Assembly (NCBI GenBank): GCA_963759805.1
Contig: CAVXAT010000001.1
Location: forward strand, 160,001-224,000
From: an uncultured bacterium
Lineage (GTDB): Bacteria > Babelota > Babeliae > Babelales > RVW-14
Direction: 5' to 3'
DNA length: 64,000 nt
The translations under genes and the position numbers were made by a program. Below, piece by piece: positions 60,012 through 64,000 of the stretch. Below the pieces are notes generated by a model. The model did no database searches and was not told where the DNA came from. It saw only the letters and a program-made list of their open reading frames with translations. Within the stretch, counting starts at the first letter, position 1, and each line of letters opens with the position of its first letter.

Positions 60012-60236
60012 ATGTCTATGGCTGTTAAACTATCTGATAGTATTGTCTCTGATGCGCAAGTAATATCAAAAGCGTTAAATAGGTCTGTTGCAGGGCAGAT
60101 AGAGTATTGGGCTAGAATTGGTAAAATTGCAGAGGAAAACCCAGACCTAACGTATGATTTCATAAGAAATATTCTTATTGCGCAACAGGAAGTCAAAGCG
60201 GGGAAACTCGAGTCATATAATTTTTCTAAGAAATAA
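60012..60236 (+). CDS. ParD-like antitoxin
   Basis: MSMAVKLSD...RSVAGQIEYWARIGKIAEENPDL. Confidence 0.85.
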   Translation: MSMAVKLSDSIVSDAQVISKALNRSVAGQIEYWARIGKIAEENPDLTYDFIRNILIAQQEVKAGKLESYNFSKK

Positions 60237-60239
60237 TTT

Positions 60240-60512
60240 ATGAAGATTTTACAAACCCCAACATTTGGTAAGCAAATTAAAAAGCTACATAAAAATCAGA
60301 AAAAGGAGCTAGATGAGGCAGTGGGGTCTGTTTATAAAAAACCTCTGATTGGCGAGATGAAAAAAGGCGATTTAGATGGCGTTCGGGTTTACAAATTTAA
60401 AATGGTTAATCAATTAACTCTTTTAGCATACCAATTCGATGAGGATGAGTCACAACTAGTTTTACTTGCATTTGGGTCGCATGAAAATTTTTATCGTGAT
60501 TTAAAAAAATAA
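60240..60512 (+). CDS. RelE/ParE-family toxin
   Basis: TPTFGKQIKKL...PLIGEMKKGDLDGVRVYKF...GSHENFYRDLK. Confidence 0.88.
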   Translation: MKILQTPTFGKQIKKLHKNQKKELDEAVGSVYKKPLIGEMKKGDLDGVRVYKFKMVNQLTLLAYQFDEDESQLVLLAFGSHENFYRDLKK

Positions 60513-60520
60513 ACAATTAA

Positions 60521-62101
60521 TTGTTAAGGATTTTAAAAATGATATCCGTCCAACTTACGCAAAAAAAGTTTTGGGAAAATGACGTAGAATGCTACATTTT
60601 TTTGATGACTGAAAATTTAGAATCAGCATCAGATCTTGCAATGCTTGATAAAGTCGAGCACGATTTTTATCCTCATGTAAAAGAGATTTTAAAGAAACAC
60701 AAATTCAGCGGCAAGCATGGACAGAATTTTGTTTTGACTGCCATGCGTGATTCGAGCGAAGGCTCTAAAAAACTTGTTCAGTTTATGTTTGTTGGTCTTG
60801 GAAAGTTGAACAACTCTTGGCAGCGTGAACTGGAGTTGCTACGCAGGTCTTTTGCCGGTGCGGTTGAAAAAATGAAATGCTTGGCCATACGCAATGCAGT
60901 TGTGGCACTACCAGATCTAAAGCCGTTTAATGTGAAATCAGCAGAACTTGTAAAACAACTGACAATCATTGCATTTATGACTGATTATGAATTTATAAAA
61001 TTTAAATCAGACAAAAAAGACAAAGAATGGTCAGGAACACTTTTAATAGAAACAGATCCAAGTATGCATTCTTTACTTAACACTGCTTTGAGCCACGGCA
61101 CTACCATTGGTCAAGCTATTAATCAGGCAAGACACTGGGCGGATCTTCCCGGCAATATTTTGACGCCATCTGAGCTTGCAAAAGAGGCTAAAAAGGTTGC
61201 CGATGAGTCCGGTTTGAAATGCACGGTCTTTGGAGAAGAGAAAGCAAGAGAACTTGGCATGGGCGGATTTCTTTGTGTTAATGCCGGATCAGATCAACCG
61301 GGCAAATTTGTTGTTCTTGAGTACAAGCCTAATTCCCAAAATACTTCTTCAAAAAATATTCCAACCATTGCACTTGTCGGCAAAGGCGTCTGCTTTGATT
61401 CAGGTGGCATAAGTCTAAAACCCTCAGAGTCTATGCATGGCATGAAGTTTGACATGTCAGGTGCCGCTGCAGTTATTGCGACAATGGGAATTCTGGCTCA
61501 ACTCAAGCCGGACATTAATGTTGTTGGTGTGACACCGCTTGTTGAAAATATGCCAAGCGGTAAAGCTGCTCGTCAGGATGATATTATTACTTTTATGAAC
61601 GGTAAGACGGCGGAAATTAAAAGTACGGATGCTGAAGGCCGTTTGATTTTGGCTGACGCGTTACATTATGTAGAGAAAAATTATAACCCGGAGATTATTA
61701 TTGATATTGCAACTCTGACCGGTGCATGTGCCTACTCGCTTGGACATTTTTATTCGGCAATCATGACGCGAGATCAAGCTTTGTGTGATACTCTTGTCAC
61801 CGCCGGTAAGTTAACCGGTGACAAAATTTGGCAGCTTCCTCTTGAAGATGATTACAAAGATGCTATCAAATCTGATGTTGCAGATATCAGCAACACCGGC
61901 TCCAAAGCTTATCTTGCAGGGACAGTCACTGCTACCTGCTTTCTTGAAAATTTTGTTGAGAAAGCGCGCTGGGTGCATCTGGATATTGCCGGGACTGCAG
62001 ATTCTGTACCCGGAGTTAATTATATGGGTAAAGGAGCATCAGGTGTTGGCGTGAGACTTTTTGTTGAGTTTGTTATGAATTACAAGAGGTCTGGCAAATA
62101 G
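60521..62101 (+). CDS. pepA: Leucyl aminopeptidase (M17)
   Basis: GKGVCFDSGG, MKFDMSGAA, TDAEGRL, ATLTGA, HLDIAG. Confidence 0.96.
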   Translation: MLRILKMISVQLTQKKFWENDVECYIFLMTENLESASDLAMLDKVEHDFYPHVKEILKKHKFSGKHGQNFVLTAMRDSSEGSKKLVQFMFVGLGKLNNSWQRELELLRRSFAGAVEKMKCLAIRNAVVALPDLKPFNVKSAELVKQLTIIAFMTDYEFIKFKSDKKDKEWSGTLLIETDPSMHSLLNTALSHGTTIGQAINQARHWADLPGNILTPSELAKEAKKVADESGLKCTVFGEEKARELGMGGFLCVNAGSDQPGKFVVLEYKPNSQNTSSKNIPTIALVGKGVCFDSGGISLKPSESMHGMKFDMSGAAAVIATMGILAQLKPDINVVGVTPLVENMPSGKAARQDDIITFMNGKTAEIKSTDAEGRLILADALHYVEKNYNPEIIIDIATLTGACAYSLGHFYSAIMTRDQALCDTLVTAGKLTGDKIWQLPLEDDYKDAIKSDVADISNTGSKAYLAGTVTATCFLENFVEKARWVHLDIAGTADSVPGVNYMGKGASGVGVRLFVEFVMNYKRSGK

Positions 62102-62123
62102 AACGCTGAGAAACAAAACATAG

Positions 62124-62441
62124 ATGATAGGGGAATTTATGTCGTTTGATGGACTTAATGAAGAATATAAACATAAAATTATTGGAATATTAAAAATTCT
62201 TTTTCCTACAGCAAAATTTTATTTATATGGATCAAGGGCAAGAGGTGATTTCAATGATCGTTCTGACATTGATCTTGCTGTTGATAATGGTGCAGGCAAG
62301 GAGCGTTTAAAACTCGGTGAGGCTAAGACTGTATTAGAGGGGCTGCACATTCCCTATAAAATTGATCTAGTCGATCTGAACCATCTTCAAGATTCAATGC
62401 GTCAAATAATATTAAAAGAAGGTGTCTTGTGGAACGATTAA
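62124..62441 (+). CDS. Minimal nucleotidyltransferase (MNT)
   Basis: YLYGSRARGD...SDIDLA...KIDLVD. Confidence 0.9.
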   Translation: MIGEFMSFDGLNEEYKHKIIGILKILFPTAKFYLYGSRARGDFNDRSDIDLAVDNGAGKERLKLGEAKTVLEGLHIPYKIDLVDLNHLQDSMRQIILKEGVLWND

Positions 62442-62833
62442 ATGTTCGGTTGAATGTTCTATCTAAAGCCTTGAATCGCCTGCAAGAGGCTTTAGATTTG
62501 TTTAAGACAATAGATGAAAATGAAAAAATTTATTCACACATTCGTGATTCTGTTATTCAGCGTTTTGAATTTTCGGTGGATATTTTTTGGAAATGTCTGA
62601 AGGATTATCTTGGTATAAAGCATAAAATTAACATTGCAAGCCCTAGATCTGTTATGAAAGAGTGTTTTTCTCAAAGAATTATCGATGAAGAAGAATTAAG
62701 AATTTTTGAAGATATGATTGATGATCGAAATGATACTTCGCATGTATATAATGAAATCATGTCTCAGGATATAGCTGAAAATGCTTATGAGTATTACAGA
62801 CTTATGATTGTTGTAAAAATGCGATTGCAATAG
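62429..62833 (+). CDS. HEPN-family toxin (HI0074/NTase substrate-binding type)
   Basis: RDSVIQRFEF, SPRSV and RNDTSHVY (RX4HXY). Confidence 0.88.
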   Translation: MERLNVRLNVLSKALNRLQEALDLFKTIDENEKIYSHIRDSVIQRFEFSVDIFWKCLKDYLGIKHKINIASPRSVMKECFSQRIIDEEELRIFEDMIDDRNDTSHVYNEIMSQDIAENAYEYYRLMIVVKMRLQ

Positions 62834-62941
62834 GGTGCATCGAAATTAAAATTTTATTTTTTGATCTTATGCGGTAAGTTATACTAAAGTAGTTTATAAA
62901 TATTTTTAGTTTTTTAACTTTTATATTTTTAAGGATGCTGT

Positions 62942-63700
62942 ATGGTACGAAATTTTATTAGACTGTTACTTCTACTCCCTATGATTGCCGTGATTTCCGG
63001 GTGCGTCCCTTATTACAAGCTTTCAAAACGCGAGTTTCCGCAGGGCATTGATTTGCCGATTCGCAATGAGATTTCAAGAGATTATGTAAAGGCCCAGACT
63101 GTCTATGACCAGTTTACAACACTTGCACACTTTGATGCGATGTGGCTCTCAGACCAAACAAGAATTGCATATGTTGATACGTACTGCCAAAAGCGCGGAA
63201 AGACCGGAGACGCCAAAGAAGCCTTTCTTAGACGCCAGCTTGAAGAGAATCGCCATTGGATTTCATTTTATGTTCTGGCGGATGTACGCGATGTTTTTAA
63301 TGGTACAATGAGCGACAAAACCCCTGTTTGGACCCCTTATCTTGAGATAGGTGAGATCAAAATTGAACCTGTTACTATTAAAGAGGTTGATCTTGAGCCT
63401 GAATACATCAGTTTATTCGGAAGTAAATTGAATTCATTTAAAACGGTTTATCTTGTAAGTTTTCCTGCGAATGATGCTACCGGTAAATTTTATCTTGATG
63501 GAAGTAAGAATTTAAAGCTTGTGTTTAGCTCAGTTGATAAGGCATGCAGCATGGAGTGGGATTTAGAACAGCTTAATAAACATCCAAACAGCCATGATAA
63601 CACTTCAGATGGTAATAAAGACAAACACGCACGCAAGCATAAAAAGTCTGATAAAAACAAAAACGTAGGGAAAGATATTGATTTTTATTGGGGGGCGTAA
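62942..63700 (+). CDS. Hypothetical lipoprotein
   Basis: Lipobox ISGC; basic His/Lys-rich tail. Confidence 0.75.
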   Translation: MVRNFIRLLLLLPMIAVISGCVPYYKLSKREFPQGIDLPIRNEISRDYVKAQTVYDQFTTLAHFDAMWLSDQTRIAYVDTYCQKRGKTGDAKEAFLRRQLEENRHWISFYVLADVRDVFNGTMSDKTPVWTPYLEIGEIKIEPVTIKEVDLEPEYISLFGSKLNSFKTVYLVSFPANDATGKFYLDGSKNLKLVFSSVDKACSMEWDLEQLNKHPNSHDNTSDGNKDKHARKHKKSDKNKNVGKDIDFYWGA

Positions 63701-63722
63701 TACCCATTCAAAGTAAATTTTA

Positions 63723-63864
63723 TGCCCGCATGGTTCGAGCCGCCTTCGCTCAGATAGCTTCGGCGCCCAAGCACACCGGCCGCTCGTCCTGAGTGATTTG
63801 CGTAGCAGTTTACTGCATAGCAAATTGTATCGAAGGATCGGCCGGCACTCACCACGAGCGGGCA
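63723..63864. repeat. Composite nested palindromic element (families B and C)
   Basis: Outer TGCCCGC/GCGGGCA; family-B ends ATGGTTCGA and CTCACCACGAGCGG; inner CCGGCCG...CGGCCGG enclosing CGCTCGTCCTGAG...TCGAAGGA; family-C unit at 63741. Confidence 0.75.
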
Positions 63865-63906
63865 AGTTTGGGGTTCCTGTAGGCCAAGAATAAGAAAGTG
63901 CAGAGT

Positions 63907-64000
63907 ATGAAAATTTCAATTGGCGCTGATCATCGAGGTTTTGCGCTCAAGACTTTTGTAATTAATTATTTTAAAGAGCATCAATGGATTGACGTTGGAA
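63907..64000 (+). CDS. rpiB: Ribose-5-phosphate isomerase B (5' part)
   Basis: MKISIGADHRGFALK...WIDVG. Confidence 0.88.
   Translation, partial: MKISIGADHRGFALKTFVINYFKEHQWIDVG

Overview
AT-rich bacterial chromosome segment whose gene content points to an obligate intracellular symbiont or parasite of protists, most consistent with Candidatus Babeliae/Dependentiae (TM6); this assignment is an inference. Supporting content: two nucleotide-translocase (NTT/TLC) genes, a bare ftsQ-like/ftsA/ftsZ cluster, and many signal-peptide proteins carrying eukaryotic domains. Housekeeping genes are ftsZ, ftsA, a DEAD-box helicase, rlmB, ybeY, valS, mgtE, rluD, truB, accC/BCCP, sufS/sufU, pepA, rpiB and tRNA-Glu/Lys/fMet. 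They are interleaved with many toxin-antitoxin modules and with repair genes (archease-rtcB-mpg, ligD). Main observations: (1) an unannotated ~390-nt multi-helix structured RNA candidate at 33359-33744, whose G-U pairs and GNRA loops indicate the + strand, opposite to both neighbours; (2) two paralogous secreted giant proteins, each with three FAMeT-like domains and a Gly/Ala hydrophobic segment, followed by a third giant secreted coiled-coil protein; (3) candidate eukaryote-targeting effectors: a PHO80/P-type cyclin, an F-box protein, and a three-gene array with a constant N-terminus and swapped RING-H2 or J-like C-termini; (4) a class II ribonucleotide reductase with a signal-peptide-like leader and altered active-site motif, flanked by a perfect 29-bp direct repeat; (5) several REP/REPIN-like palindrome families, some inserted in-frame in sufS and ligD. 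All calls come from motif recognition by eye; no database searches were run.
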